A DNA stretch of 50,275 nt from Bacilli bacterium (lineage in GTDB: Bacteria; Bacillota_I; Bacilli_A; RFN20; CAG-826), in NCBI GenBank assembly GCA_045597865.1, contig JAZLKX010000008.1, positions 1 to 50,275 of the forward strand. Reading direction: 5' to 3'. The position numbers were made by a program, and so were the translations under genes. Position 1 is the stretch's first letter, and every line of letters starts with the position of its first letter. Positions 1-10,632 of the stretch are shown one piece after another. Under the pieces are notes generated by a model that saw nothing but the letters and a program-made list of their open reading frames with translations, was not told where the DNA came from and made no database searches.

Positions 1-419
1 CTCCATAAAAATTCCATTATATTTGAATTTAAAGACACGAATTCCTTCGTCTTTTACCTCTAAACATTCAGCCTTAAGTAAACCATCTTTAAAAGAGATA
101 ACTGAACCGAGTTTAATTGGTTTTGCATTACCTGTTAAGCATTCCCAAACGTCCCCTTCGAGTTGTTTTAAAAGAAGAACTTCAACTTTAGCTCCAGTAC
201 CTTCTTTAACACCAAAAATACGTGCAGGTAATACTTTAGTATTATTTCTTACGATTACATCGCCTGGTTTTAAGAAATCGATGATATCATGAAAGATATG
301 ATCTTCATAAGTTTTGTTAGTTTTATCGATAACTAAAAGTCGTGACTCATCACGCTTTTGAGCAGGAAATTGAGCTATAAGTTCTTCAGGTAAATAATAA
401 TCAAACAACGAAATATCCA

Positions 420-420
<1 letters not shown>
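1..420 (-). CDS. queA: S-adenosylmethionine:tRNA ribosyltransferase-isomerase (5' part; runs off window start)
   Basis: Not in ORF track. Manual translation from ATG at 420: MDISLFDYYLPEELIAQFPAQKRDESRLLV...VRNNTKVLPARIFG..., the typical QueA N-terminus. TAATG overlap with the tgt stop. Confidence 0.95.
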
Positions 421-1993
<1,573 letters not shown>

Positions 1994-2003
1994 AATTTTC
2001 CTC

Positions 2004-2507
2004 CTAGAACTTGAAATCTAAGTTCTTGTTTGCACCTATTACATCCATGAAAGGTTTGTTCCTTCTCAAGAGTAGGAACAACATATATCCTAGCACAGTT
2101 ACGCTAATAAATTCACCTAAAGCTACAAAACCAACGCCTAACCAAAGGTTAATTTCTAGAATAAAATGTAATTCTGCACCGATTGCGAACGCATTTATTA
2201 CTACTGGTATCAACGATGCAACAAGTAAATGTTTGCAGAACGAAACTCCAATACAACTTATTAATGTAGCAAGCGTTCCGATTAAAATATCCCACGGACC
2301 AAGGGTTGATAAACAGTTAGCACATAAGCATCCCAATGTGAGTCCAATTGTGAAATCTCTTCTGAAGAAGCAGAGCAAAATTAATGCTTCTGCAATTCTA
2401 AATTGGACTTGCCCAAATGCAATTGGAGTAGATGCAAAAGTCAATAAAAAATATATCGCTGCCACAACCGCGTTTCTTGTAATTGTTTTAACGATATCTT
2501 TTTTCAT
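2004..2507 (-). CDS. queT: QueT family queuosine-precursor ECF S-component
   Basis: AVVAAIY...PIAFGQVQFRIAEAL...GLTLGCLCAN...DILIG signature; hydrophobic; upstream preQ1 riboswitch and downstream tgt/queA. Confidence 0.93.
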   Translation of the reverse strand: MKKDIVKTITRNAVVAAIYFLLTFASTPIAFGQVQFRIAEALILLCFFRRDFTIGLTLGCLCANCLSTLGPWDILIGTLATLISCIGVSFCKHLLVASLIPVVINAFAIGAELHFILEINLWLGVGFVALGEFISVTVLGYMLFLLLRRNKPFMDVIGANKNLDFKF

Positions 2508-2508
2508 A

Positions 2509-2545
2509 TCCTTGTTTTTCTAAGTGGTTTATCAAGGGAACACTT
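2509..2545 (-). ncRNA. preQ1-I riboswitch (translational type)
   Basis: Minus strand reads AAGUG-UUCCCUUGAUAAAC-CACUU-AGAAAAACAAGGA-U-AUG: 5-bp P1 closed by G-C, loop starting UUC and ending AC, A-rich tail, and loop CCUUG complementary to CAAGG overlapping the queT Shine-Dalgarno. Confidence 0.85.
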
Positions 2546-2551
2546 TAAATA

Positions 2552-3439
2552 TTAAAGGTTCTGAGCAATAAGCTCAGCTACTGATAAAACTTTAGCTCCT
2601 TTATATTCTTTTTCAACTGTATCAGTTATAACGAATTCTTTTACTCTAGAATCAATGCTGTTCTTTGAAATAATTGCATGAGTAACTGCAACATAAATTT
2701 CTTTTGCACCTTTTCGGAAGAGTGCTTCAACAGCATTGTTAATTGTTCCGCAAGTATCACAAATGTCATCAACAATGAGACAAACTTTGCCTTCAACGTC
2801 TCCAACAACATTAACAACCTCTGATTGATTTGGTGCTGGACGTCTTTTATCAATAACTGCAAGGCCTGCTCCATTGAGTTCTGAGGAGACATCTCTACCT
2901 CTATTTGCAGAGCCGTGATCTGGTGAAACAACAACAACGTTTTTATGAGCAATTTTTAACTCGTCAAAACGTTTTGCAAAGTATCTTCCAAACAAGACTG
3001 AGGTCTCAAGATTTTCAACTGGAATTGAGAAGAAACCTTGAATCTGCTGAGTATGCAAATCTACGGAAATTACACGGGAAATCCCGCTGTTTTCTAGCAT
3101 TTTTGCCACTAATTTAGCAGTAATTGGTTCTCCTGGTCTTGCGACTCTGTCTTGTCTAGAATAACCATAATAAGGGGTGATCAAAACAATCTCTTTTGCC
3201 CCTGCATTTTTAAGTGCATCAACGAATATCAAAATCTCGAAAATTGTGTCGCTTGAAGGTGCAATTGTGGACTGCACAATAAAGCATTCTTTTCCCTTAA
3301 CTTTGCTTAAACATCTTGCCATAATTTCGCCATCAGAAAACTTCACAACTTCACTCTTTCCGAGTTCAATTTTTGAAGCTGAGGCAATTTCTTTGGCAAG
3401 TTTACAACTTGATGTTAATGAGAAAATTACTTTTTCCAT
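2552..3439 (-). CDS. prs: Ribose-phosphate pyrophosphokinase
   Basis: KFSDGEI, PYYGYSRQDR, DLHTQQIQGFF, SPDHG, DKRR, VDDICDTCGT. Confidence 0.95.
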   Translation of the reverse strand: MEKVIFSLTSSCKLAKEIASASKIELGKSEVVKFSDGEIMARCLSKVKGKECFIVQSTIAPSSDTIFEILIFVDALKNAGAKEIVLITPYYGYSRQDRVARPGEPITAKLVAKMLENSGISRVISVDLHTQQIQGFFSIPVENLETSVLFGRYFAKRFDELKIAHKNVVVVSPDHGSANRGRDVSSELNGAGLAVIDKRRPAPNQSEVVNVVGDVEGKVCLIVDDICDTCGTINNAVEALFRKGAKEIYVAVTHAIISKNSIDSRVKEFVITDTVEKEYKGAKVLSVAELIAQNL

Positions 3440-3765
3440 GATGTTTTGTACTCGTTATATTTCTTTGATGAACCTTTTACCATTTCAGCAGGATATTTTC
3501 TTTCGTTTTGATCCATCTTTTCATTGATAATTTCATCAACGTCAAGATTGTAACGGTCTGCCATAAGCATTGCATACATAAAAACATCAGCTAATTCCTC
3601 TTTGACTTTATCGATTGATTTTTCTTTATCTGACCATTGGAAAACTTCAAGGAGTTCCCCTGCTTCAATCATGATAGATTTTGCAAGATTTTCTCCAGTG
3701 TGAAATTGAGACCAATCGCGGTCGTCTCTAAATTTCATCAATCTATCGTAAGTGGCTTTTTTCAT
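3427..3765 (-). CDS. MazG-like (dCTPase-type) nucleotide pyrophosphohydrolase, copy 1
   Basis: F..DRDW.QFH...NLAKSI.IEAGELLE.FQW...EELADV...N..KYP; ATG 3765 (or TTG 3768). Confidence 0.88.
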   Translation of the reverse strand: MKKATYDRLMKFRDDRDWSQFHTGENLAKSIMIEAGELLEVFQWSDKEKSIDKVKEELADVFMYAMLMADRYNLDVDEIINEKMDQNERKYPAEMVKGSSKKYNEYKTSWKK

Positions 3766-3787
3766 CAAAATTACCGGGAAAACCCTA

Positions 3788-4537
3788 TTATTTCTTGGCT
3801 TTTCCTTGATTTGCGACTGCTTCCATTTCAGCTTTTAAAGCAGCCTCGTCCATTAAATAGTAATGTTTAACAGCTTTCATGTTGTCATCAAATTCGAAGA
3901 CTAGTGGAACACCGGTTGGGATGTTAACACCAACAATTTCTTCTTTTGGACAATTTGTGAAATATTTGTATAAAGCACGGATTGAGTTACCGTGAGCAAC
4001 AATTAAGCAACGTTTGCCTTTTTCCATTTCTGGTTTGATAACTTCTTCATAGAATGGAACTGCACGAGCAACTGTAAGTTCAAGTGATTCAGTAAATGGA
4101 AGATCTGATTTTGGAACATCTCTAAATTGAGCTTGGTTGCCTGGGTATCTTTCATCTTTTGCATCAAGTGCTGGAGGTGGGCAGTCATAGCTTCTTCTCC
4201 AAACCTTAACTTGTTCTTCACCGTACTTTTCTGCTGTTTCAGACTTATTTAAGCCTTGAAGTGCGCCATAGTGACGTTCATTAAGTCTCCAAGTCTTAAC
4301 GACTGGAAGCCATTCTCTGTCAAGTTCAAATAAGACGTTATTCATAGTATGAATAGCTCTCTTGAGTAAAGAAGTATAAACGATATCGAAATCGTAGCCT
4401 TCTTCTTTAAGTGTTTTACCGGCTCTATGAGCTTCCATAACACCTTTTTCGGATAATTCGACGTCTGTCCAGCCTGTAAATAAGTTTAACTTATTCCATT
4501 CTGATTCGCCGTGTCTAATTAAAACTAATTTTGTCAT
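3788..4537 (-). CDS. gpmA: 2,3-bisphosphoglycerate-dependent phosphoglycerate mutase
   Basis: [31 protein letters not shown]. Confidence 0.97.
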   Translation of the reverse strand: MTKLVLIRHGESEWNKLNLFTGWTDVELSEKGVMEAHRAGKTLKEEGYDFDIVYTSLLKRAIHTMNNVLFELDREWLPVVKTWRLNERHYGALQGLNKSETAEKYGEEQVKVWRRSYDCPPPALDAKDERYPGNQAQFRDVPKSDLPFTESLELTVARAVPFYEEVIKPEMEKGKRCLIVAHGNSIRALYKYFTNCPKEEIVGVNIPTGVPLVFEFDDNMKAVKHYYLMDEAALKAEMEAVANQGKAKK

Positions 4538-4552
4538 TGTTTTTCTCCTTAA

Positions 4553-5884
4553 TTAGTCTGCTAATGATCCCATTGGATCCCATGGTTGTAAAACAACTGG
4601 TTCTGCTTCGTATGCAGCAAGTTCCTCTTTGGTTAAATACTTTTTGTTAACAACTGCTTGATATGTGTATTGATCAAACCAGCTTGCTGACATAATAAAG
4701 TAACCTTTATAACCTCTGTCATCGCCCCAGGAGTTTTCAATTTTCCATTTTGATGGAACGCCGTTTGCATCAAATCCAACGCCTGTAATACACATGGCGT
4801 GGTTCATTGCGCTTGCGCGGAAATCAAGGGATTCACCCTTTTCCATCTTTATATCTAAATCCAATAAGGATTTAAAATCAAATTCTTGATCGTTCCAAAC
4901 ACCACGCAATCTATCACCATAGCTTGCGACATCACTACCAAACCAAACGATTTGATTGTCTTTAAGTTGGCGCAAAATGAGTTCTTTAAGTCTTTCCATA
5001 GGAAGATTTAAGTGTTTGACGATTTTGCCATCTGCAACATTGCCTAAATACTTGACTGTGTAGCTCTTCATAAATGGTTTTGATTTAGTTGGGGCATTAA
5101 TACAGCTAACGTATTCATCAATTTCTTTGCCAATATATTTTTCAAAGAATGATTTTGGAGTAAATCCACGAACAACGTGGTATTCATTTTTATCATCTGT
5201 GTATTTGAGATCGAAATTCTTTGGTGGAATTCCATAACAGGAAATAAGTGCTTTGTAGAAACGTTTCATATATGAATCTTTAAGTGCTTCTACTGCATCC
5301 ATTCCATCTTTTCTTAATACAACACGTGATTCGCTAGCGAATCTACGAATTTCAGCATTGAGTAAAGAATTTAAAATTCTTGTGTTATTTGATGTGAATG
5401 TCTCAACAAAGGCGTTCTTTGGGCAAATACCATACTTTTTAACAACGTTAACAAGCATATCCCATTGTCCGCCATCACCAATACCGGATTGGACCAAGAA
5501 TTGAACTGTACGATCATCGTAGTCTTTGTCAATTGTCTCAATTAATGCATTGAGAGCGTAATTAAGTTTTTCAAGTTTATCGTAGAAAGCGATATAGCTT
5601 TGTGAAAGTTTGAAGGTTCCTGCACCAATCTTCTTGCCGATTAACTCACGCATTACGTTACACGCGGCGAAGATCCAACATCTACCAGAAGCTTTTTGGT
5701 TAGAAACAGCCATTGTTTTGATATTAATATCAAAATTAAAGTCCATTTCTTTAACTGAATCTTTTGATGCTGCTGCAACTGCGATGTCGTTAGCTGCAAT
5801 AGCGTGTCTTGCTACTGTGGCAGATTTATCAGCGAAATATTCTTCTTCAATCTTATTTAATTGTTCGATTGTAATTTCTTTCAT
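4553..5884 (-). CDS. pepC: Aminopeptidase C (bleomycin hydrolase family, C1B)
   Basis: Q..SGRCWIF, DGGQW, MNHAM, ENSWG, C-terminal PWDPMGSLA. Start moved to ATG 5884, which has an AAGGAG RBS. Confidence 0.95.
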   Translation of the reverse strand: MKEITIEQLNKIEEEYFADKSATVARHAIAANDIAVAAASKDSVKEMDFNFDINIKTMAVSNQKASGRCWIFAACNVMRELIGKKIGAGTFKLSQSYIAFYDKLEKLNYALNALIETIDKDYDDRTVQFLVQSGIGDGGQWDMLVNVVKKYGICPKNAFVETFTSNNTRILNSLLNAEIRRFASESRVVLRKDGMDAVEALKDSYMKRFYKALISCYGIPPKNFDLKYTDDKNEYHVVRGFTPKSFFEKYIGKEIDEYVSCINAPTKSKPFMKSYTVKYLGNVADGKIVKHLNLPMERLKELILRQLKDNQIVWFGSDVASYGDRLRGVWNDQEFDFKSLLDLDIKMEKGESLDFRASAMNHAMCITGVGFDANGVPSKWKIENSWGDDRGYKGYFIMSASWFDQYTYQAVVNKKYLTKEELAAYEAEPVVLQPWDPMGSLAD

Positions 5885-5944
5885 AATAATCTCCTTAGCG
5901 CATAATATTTTAATATTAAGATTATTGTTTTTCCACAAAAATAG

Positions 5945-5950
5945 TATAAT
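5945..5950 (+). promoter_or_regulatory. -10 box of probable leaderless add transcript
   Basis: TATAAT followed by 6 nt (TTAAGC) then ATG 5957; no SD. Confidence 0.65.
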
Positions 5951-5956
5951 TTAAGC

Positions 5957-6946
5957 ATGAACTACAAAAAATACGCATTGGTCGACTTACATTTACACCT
6001 TGATGGCTCTTTATCAGCCAAAGCAATCTTAAAGGTTGCAAAGGAAGAAAATATCAAGCTGCCAGCCTACACAGTTGAGGAACTAAATCCTTACTTAATT
6101 GTTCCAGAGGATTGCCCTTCTTTAGAAGAATACTTGAAACGTTTTGATTTGCCGAATCTTGCACTTCAAACAAAATTTGGTATTAAAACTTGCACTCTTG
6201 ATTTATTAAAGAGATTAAGCGAGCAAGGTTTGAAGTATGTTGAAGTTAGGATGGCTCCACAACTTTCTTGTGACAAAGGTTTAACCCAAGAAGAAGTTGT
6301 AGAAACTTTAATTGAGGCTTTAACTGAGGGTGAAAAATACGGAATTTATACCAATTTAATCCTCTGTATGATGAGAGGAGAAAATACTCACGAAAAGAAT
6401 CTAAAAACTGTAGAGGTTGCAAAGAAATTTTTAGGATCAAAAGTTGTTGCTCTTGACCTCGCCGGAGCAGAAGCGCTTTTTCCAAATACAATGTTTGATA
6501 ATGAGTTCAAATTAGCAAACAAATATGGCATTCCATTAACAATCCATTGTGGAGAAGCAGACGGGGGAAATTCAGTCCTCACAGCACTAAATTACAACCC
6601 AGTTAGAATTGGCCATGGCATTCATTGTAATGAGAGTGAAGAAGCCATGGATATATTAAAAAAACGCGGGATTTGGCTGGAAATTTGCCCGAAATCTAAC
6701 TTAGACACCAAATCAGTTTTATCATTAAAAGACATACCAATCCGTGAATTTATGAAGCGTGGAATTAAGGTCTCAATTAACACAGATGATGACACCTGTT
6801 CTAACACAACATTAGAAAAAGAATACAAGTCATTGGCTGACATTGGATTTAATGAAAAAGAGCTCCAAGAATTTGCTAGAAATTCGATTGAAGCGTCCTT
6901 TGCAAGTCAAAAAATAAAAGACGAAATTTTAGGATTAATTAAATAA
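5957..6946 (+). CDS. add: Adenosine deaminase
   Basis: DLHLHLDGS, YVEVRMAP, DLAG, HCGE, RIGHG, NTDD. Confidence 0.93.
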   Translation: MNYKKYALVDLHLHLDGSLSAKAILKVAKEENIKLPAYTVEELNPYLIVPEDCPSLEEYLKRFDLPNLALQTKFGIKTCTLDLLKRLSEQGLKYVEVRMAPQLSCDKGLTQEEVVETLIEALTEGEKYGIYTNLILCMMRGENTHEKNLKTVEVAKKFLGSKVVALDLAGAEALFPNTMFDNEFKLANKYGIPLTIHCGEADGGNSVLTALNYNPVRIGHGIHCNESEEAMDILKKRGIWLEICPKSNLDTKSVLSLKDIPIREFMKRGIKVSINTDDDTCSNTTLEKEYKSLADIGFNEKELQEFARNSIEASFASQKIKDEILGLIK

Positions 6947-7808
6947 AGGATTTTAGAGCCCTAATTACCTCATCAGTCTCCTCACAATAACCAATGTGAT
7001 GAGACTTTTTTAATAGGACCCACTCTGATCCTTTAATTTCTCTGTTCATAAGCTCGTTCATGCGTGGTGTTGATTCATCTAAAGCACCGGAAATGATAAG
7101 AGTTGGTACATCGATCTTGTTAAGTTTGTCTTCAACAGACCAATTTTTCAAAGTTCCGGTCCCAAAAAGCTCCGAATCGCCCCACATCAGCTCATAAATT
7201 TCTTTATTTGTCTTTGGAAAGCGTTTTGTCTTGAAATTAAACAACTCTTTTGAACGTTTTCCGACATGTTCTTTATAAAATCTTCTTATTCCAGAAACGT
7301 ATGAATTTTTGTCATATTTTTTGCCTTCAAATTGAGCCAAAATTGCGGTTCTTTCTTCAGCAGGAAAATCATCCAACATTTTGACGTGTTCATCATTCCA
7401 AATTTTAGTACTTGGAAGAGTAGAAAATAAGACTAATTTTTCTAGTCCTGAATGAGGAAAATTACATACCCATTCAAGAGCTAACATGCCACCCCAAGAA
7501 TGTCCTAAAATTGAGAATCTTTTGAGTCCAAAATAATTAATTAAATTTTCGAATTCCTCAAGAAATAGCGGGAAATTCCACGTGATTTCGTGGGTTTTTG
7601 GGACTTTTGAGTAACCGCATCCGAGTTGATCATAAAAGATTAAAGGGATACCAAATTCTGCTAACTTTTCGAGCGGTTCATAACGCTCCACGCAACCACC
7701 AGGACCACCATGCAAAATGATAAGTGGAACACCTTTAGAAAGGTCGCCAAAAGAATAGGCTCTTGTGTAGTAATTTTTGAATGGAATTTTATGAACTTTT
7801 TTGGTCAT
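6939..7808 (-). CDS. Proline iminopeptidase (alpha/beta hydrolase)
   Basis: LHGGPG, YDQLGCGYS, GHSWGG, GTLKNW, catalytic D (ALDE) and H (SHH). Confidence 0.88.
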   Translation of the reverse strand: MTKKVHKIPFKNYYTRAYSFGDLSKGVPLIILHGGPGGCVERYEPLEKLAEFGIPLIFYDQLGCGYSKVPKTHEITWNFPLFLEEFENLINYFGLKRFSILGHSWGGMLALEWVCNFPHSGLEKLVLFSTLPSTKIWNDEHVKMLDDFPAEERTAILAQFEGKKYDKNSYVSGIRRFYKEHVGKRSKELFNFKTKRFPKTNKEIYELMWGDSELFGTGTLKNWSVEDKLNKIDVPTLIISGALDESTPRMNELMNREIKGSEWVLLKKSHHIGYCEETDEVIRALKSFI

Positions 7809-7811
7809 TTT

Positions 7812-8732
7812 TTATTTCTTGTTTTTCTTGATTTCTGCAATCTTTAAAGCTGCTTCTTTATCGATCACTTCAATACCGTTTTCTTCAGCAATTTCTGCGA
7901 TTTGAAGAAGCGCTGCTTTCATGAATGGCCTTGGGATCTTAACGTAGAGTTCGCAAGCCTCTTTTGTAAACTTAACTTTTGTATCAAGTCTTTCAGCACA
8001 ATACATAACACTTTCAACGCTACCTGCATTTGATGTAGCAATAGCTTCTGATTGTGGTTTTCTTGCACCAAATCTCATATACCAGAAATTCTTTGAATCA
8101 TGGTAGCCATAATCAACTGGAACTTTAGGGAATGAATTTTTCTTTAATCCATTCTTTAAATTATCGGCATATTTTTCTTCCATAAGGACTTTATCCATTT
8201 TTAAGATAAAATGGCATCCAAATTTTGAAGTAATTCCGTTGAAGTTATTGTAAGGTCCTTCAACGCCCTCTAATTCACCGATGTGTTTCTTGCATTTATA
8301 TGCATCTTCTAAAGAATCATCCCAAGTACATTCAATAACTTGATATGCATCTTTTAAAATGAGTGGTCTTTCGCCTTCAGCTTCGCCCTTAATGAGTTCA
8401 AAATTACAATCTTTCATCTTCTCTTGTGATGTTTTGCCTGGGAAACCTAAACGAACGACTTCTTTGAAATATTTTGTATCGTCCTTAATAAAATTAAGAG
8501 CGCATTTTCCTGTTCTTAAAATGTTTTGTGCAGTGTTTGATGAATTACGACATTCAAGAATCATTGCGTAGTAATCTTTTCCTGCAATGTAATATGGGAA
8601 GACTAAGGAATAGCTTCCAATAGTTGTTGAGCCATCTTCTGCTAATGTTGATATAGCAACAGTTGGCATTGGAAAAAATAAATTGTTTTGGTAGAAATTA
8701 TCTACAATTTTTAAACTTCTAAACTTAGACAT
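7812..8732 (-). CDS. Flavin reductase-like domain protein with C-terminal PCP_red-like helical domain
   Basis: FPMPTVAISTL.EDG.T.IGSYS...SNTAQNILRTGKCALNF...IEC pattern; C-terminus FTKEACELYVKIPRPFMKAAL..IAEIAEENGIEVID; GGAGGT RBS and TG-T-TATAAT upstream. Confidence 0.65.
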   Translation of the reverse strand: MSKFRSLKIVDNFYQNNLFFPMPTVAISTLAEDGSTTIGSYSLVFPYYIAGKDYYAMILECRNSSNTAQNILRTGKCALNFIKDDTKYFKEVVRLGFPGKTSQEKMKDCNFELIKGEAEGERPLILKDAYQVIECTWDDSLEDAYKCKKHIGELEGVEGPYNNFNGITSKFGCHFILKMDKVLMEEKYADNLKNGLKKNSFPKVPVDYGYHDSKNFWYMRFGARKPQSEAIATSNAGSVESVMYCAERLDTKVKFTKEACELYVKIPRPFMKAALLQIAEIAEENGIEVIDKEAALKIAEIKKNKK

Positions 8733-8789
8733 AAGTTACCTCCAAATGTAATTATAACAACAATATTTCATATCTCAACCCATAATGTC

Positions 8790-8819
8790 AAAAAAAAAAG
8801 ACGCCCATAAGGACGTCTT
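8790..8819 (-). terminator. Intrinsic terminator after GGGtGRT gene
   Basis: Minus strand AAGACGTCC-TTAT-GGGCGTCTT followed by a long T run. Confidence 0.9.
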
Positions 8820-8838
8820 ATAAATCTTTAAGATTTAA

Positions 8839-9843
8839 TTATTTTGCTAATGCTTGAGCAACTGAGACAGCGACTGCGACTGTTGCACCAACCATTGGGT
8901 TATTACCCATTCCAATCAAACCCATCATTTCAACGTGTGCTGGAACAGATGAAGAACCTGCGAATTGAGCATCAGAGTGCATTCTTCCCATTGTATCTGT
9001 CATACCATAGGATGCTGGACCTGCTGCCATGTTATCTGGGTGAAGTGTACGACCAGTTCCACCACCGGATGCAACTGAGAAGTATTTCTTACCTTGTTCG
9101 ATACATTCTTTCTTGTATGTACCTGCAACTGGGTGTTGGAAACGAGTTGGGTTTGTGGAGTTTCCAGTAATGGAAACATCAACACCTTCCATGTGCATAA
9201 TTGCAACACCTTCACGTACATCATCAGAGCCATAGCAACGAACTGCTAATCTGTCTGGGTTGTTACCATATTTGGTTTCTTTAACAATGTTAACTTTGCC
9301 TGTAAAGTAATCAAATTGAGTTTCAACAAGAGTAAATCCGTTGATTCTTGCAATGATCTTTGCAGCATCTTTTCCAAGACCGTTTAAGATAACTCTTAAT
9401 GGTTCTTTTCTAACTTTGTTAGCTTTCTTTGCAATGCCGATAGCACCTTCAGCAGCAGCGAATGATTCGTGGCCTGCTAAGAATGCAAAGCATTTTGTTT
9501 CTTCAGAAAGTAACATTGCACCTAAGTTACCGTGGCCTAAACCGACTTTACGATCATCAGCGACTGAACCTGGGATACAGAATGATTGTAAACCAACGCC
9601 AATCCATTTGGATGCTTCTGCAGCATTCTTTGCGTTGTTTTTAATTGCGAGTGCTGCGCCAACTGTGTATGCCCAGCATGCGTTTTCGAAACAGATGGTT
9701 TGGATGTCTTTTACCATTTGGTAAACATCTAAGCCTTTATCTTTACAAATCTTTTCAGCTTCTTCTAATGAAGCAATGCCATTATCGTTTAAGCATTTGT
9801 TGATTTGTGCGATTCTTCTTTCATAACCTTCAAATAAAGCCAT
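8839..9843 (-). CDS. GGGtGRT family protein (function unknown)
   Basis: Literal ASGGGTGRTLHPDN motif, plus ICFENA, FLAGHESFAAAEGA, GNSTNPTRFQH, GRMHSDAQFAGSSSVPAH. Confidence 0.95.
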   Translation of the reverse strand: MALFEGYERRIAQINKCLNDNGIASLEEAEKICKDKGLDVYQMVKDIQTICFENACWAYTVGAALAIKNNAKNAAEASKWIGVGLQSFCIPGSVADDRKVGLGHGNLGAMLLSEETKCFAFLAGHESFAAAEGAIGIAKKANKVRKEPLRVILNGLGKDAAKIIARINGFTLVETQFDYFTGKVNIVKETKYGNNPDRLAVRCYGSDDVREGVAIMHMEGVDVSITGNSTNPTRFQHPVAGTYKKECIEQGKKYFSVASGGGTGRTLHPDNMAAGPASYGMTDTMGRMHSDAQFAGSSSVPAHVEMMGLIGMGNNPMVGATVAVAVSVAQALAK

Positions 9844-9855
9844 TTTCCGAACCTC

Positions 9856-10548
9856 CTATTCCTTACGTGGGTCAATAAATTTGACACCATCGTTGTAGCG
9901 GCCGTATTGGCCTTTTGCCTTTTCAAGAGCAACTTCTGGTGAATCACCCTTCTTTAAGAAGTCTGTGAATTTACCAAGTGATAAGTATTGATAACCAATG
10001 ATTTCGTTATCTGCGTCTAAAGCCATTGATGTGATGTAACCTTCGGTTAATTCAAGGTAACGTGGGCCTTTTTCTTTGGTTGCAAAGATTGTTCCAACTT
10101 GTGAACGTAATCCTTTACCTAAGTCTTCAAGACCTGCACCAACTGCTAAACCGTCTTCTGAGAATGCTGATTGAGTTCTACCATAAACGATTTGTAAGAA
10201 TAATTCTCTCATTGCTGTGTTGATAGCATCACAGACTAAGTCTGTATTAACTGCTTCAAGAAGTGTTTTACCAACAAGGGCTTCGCCAGCCATTGCTGCT
10301 GAGTGAGTCATTCCTGAACATCCTAATGTTTCAATCAAGGCTTCTTCAATAATTCCGTTTTTAACGTTTAATGAAAGCTTACAAGCGCCTTGTTGTGGAG
10401 CACACCATCCGATACCGTGGGTAAAACCGCTGATATCTTTGATTTCTCTGGAGTAAACCCATTTTCCTTCTTCAGGAATTGGAGCACAACCATGAGAAGC
10501 ACCACAATTGACTTTGCACATATTTTGTACGTCTTTTGTATATTGCAT
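9856..10548 (-). CDS. NifU/IscU-like Fe-S scaffold-fold protein partnered with GGGtGRT
   Basis: GWCAPQQGACKL, ETLGCSGMTHSAAM, LVCDAIN; conserved upstream partner of GGGtGRT; AGGAGG RBS. Confidence 0.85.
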   Translation of the reverse strand: MQYTKDVQNMCKVNCGASHGCAPIPEEGKWVYSREIKDISGFTHGIGWCAPQQGACKLSLNVKNGIIEEALIETLGCSGMTHSAAMAGEALVGKTLLEAVNTDLVCDAINTAMRELFLQIVYGRTQSAFSEDGLAVGAGLEDLGKGLRSQVGTIFATKEKGPRYLELTEGYITSMALDADNEIIGYQYLSLGKFTDFLKKGDSPEVALEKAKGQYGRYNDGVKFIDPRKE

Positions 10549-10580
10549 TCAATATCTCCTCCTAAAATGTGAGCATAATA

Positions 10581-10609
10581 AATATACTTTGTATATGAGT
10601 GTTTGTAAA
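10581..10609 (-). promoter_or_regulatory. Sigma-A promoter of NifU-like/GGGtGRT operon
   Basis: TTTACA (10609-10604), 17-nt spacer, TATATT (10586-10581). Confidence 0.6.
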
Positions 10610-10630
10610 GAAAAATCGGCATTACCGATT
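10607..10630 (-). terminator. Intrinsic terminator after lipoprotein/small-ORF unit
   Basis: AATCGG-TAATG-CCGATT followed by TTTCTTT. Confidence 0.65.
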
Positions 10631-10632
10631 GA

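Noticed and set aside
23-292. 89-aa + strand ORF and the many other short ORFs antisense to, or nested in, long genes
   Set aside because: Shadow ORFs: this one is antisense to queA; the others overlap well-identified genes and show no SD or recognisable motifs.
3775-3786. GGGTTTTCCC mini-hairpin between gpmA and MazG-like gene
   Set aside because: Only a 3-bp stem; too weak to call a terminator.
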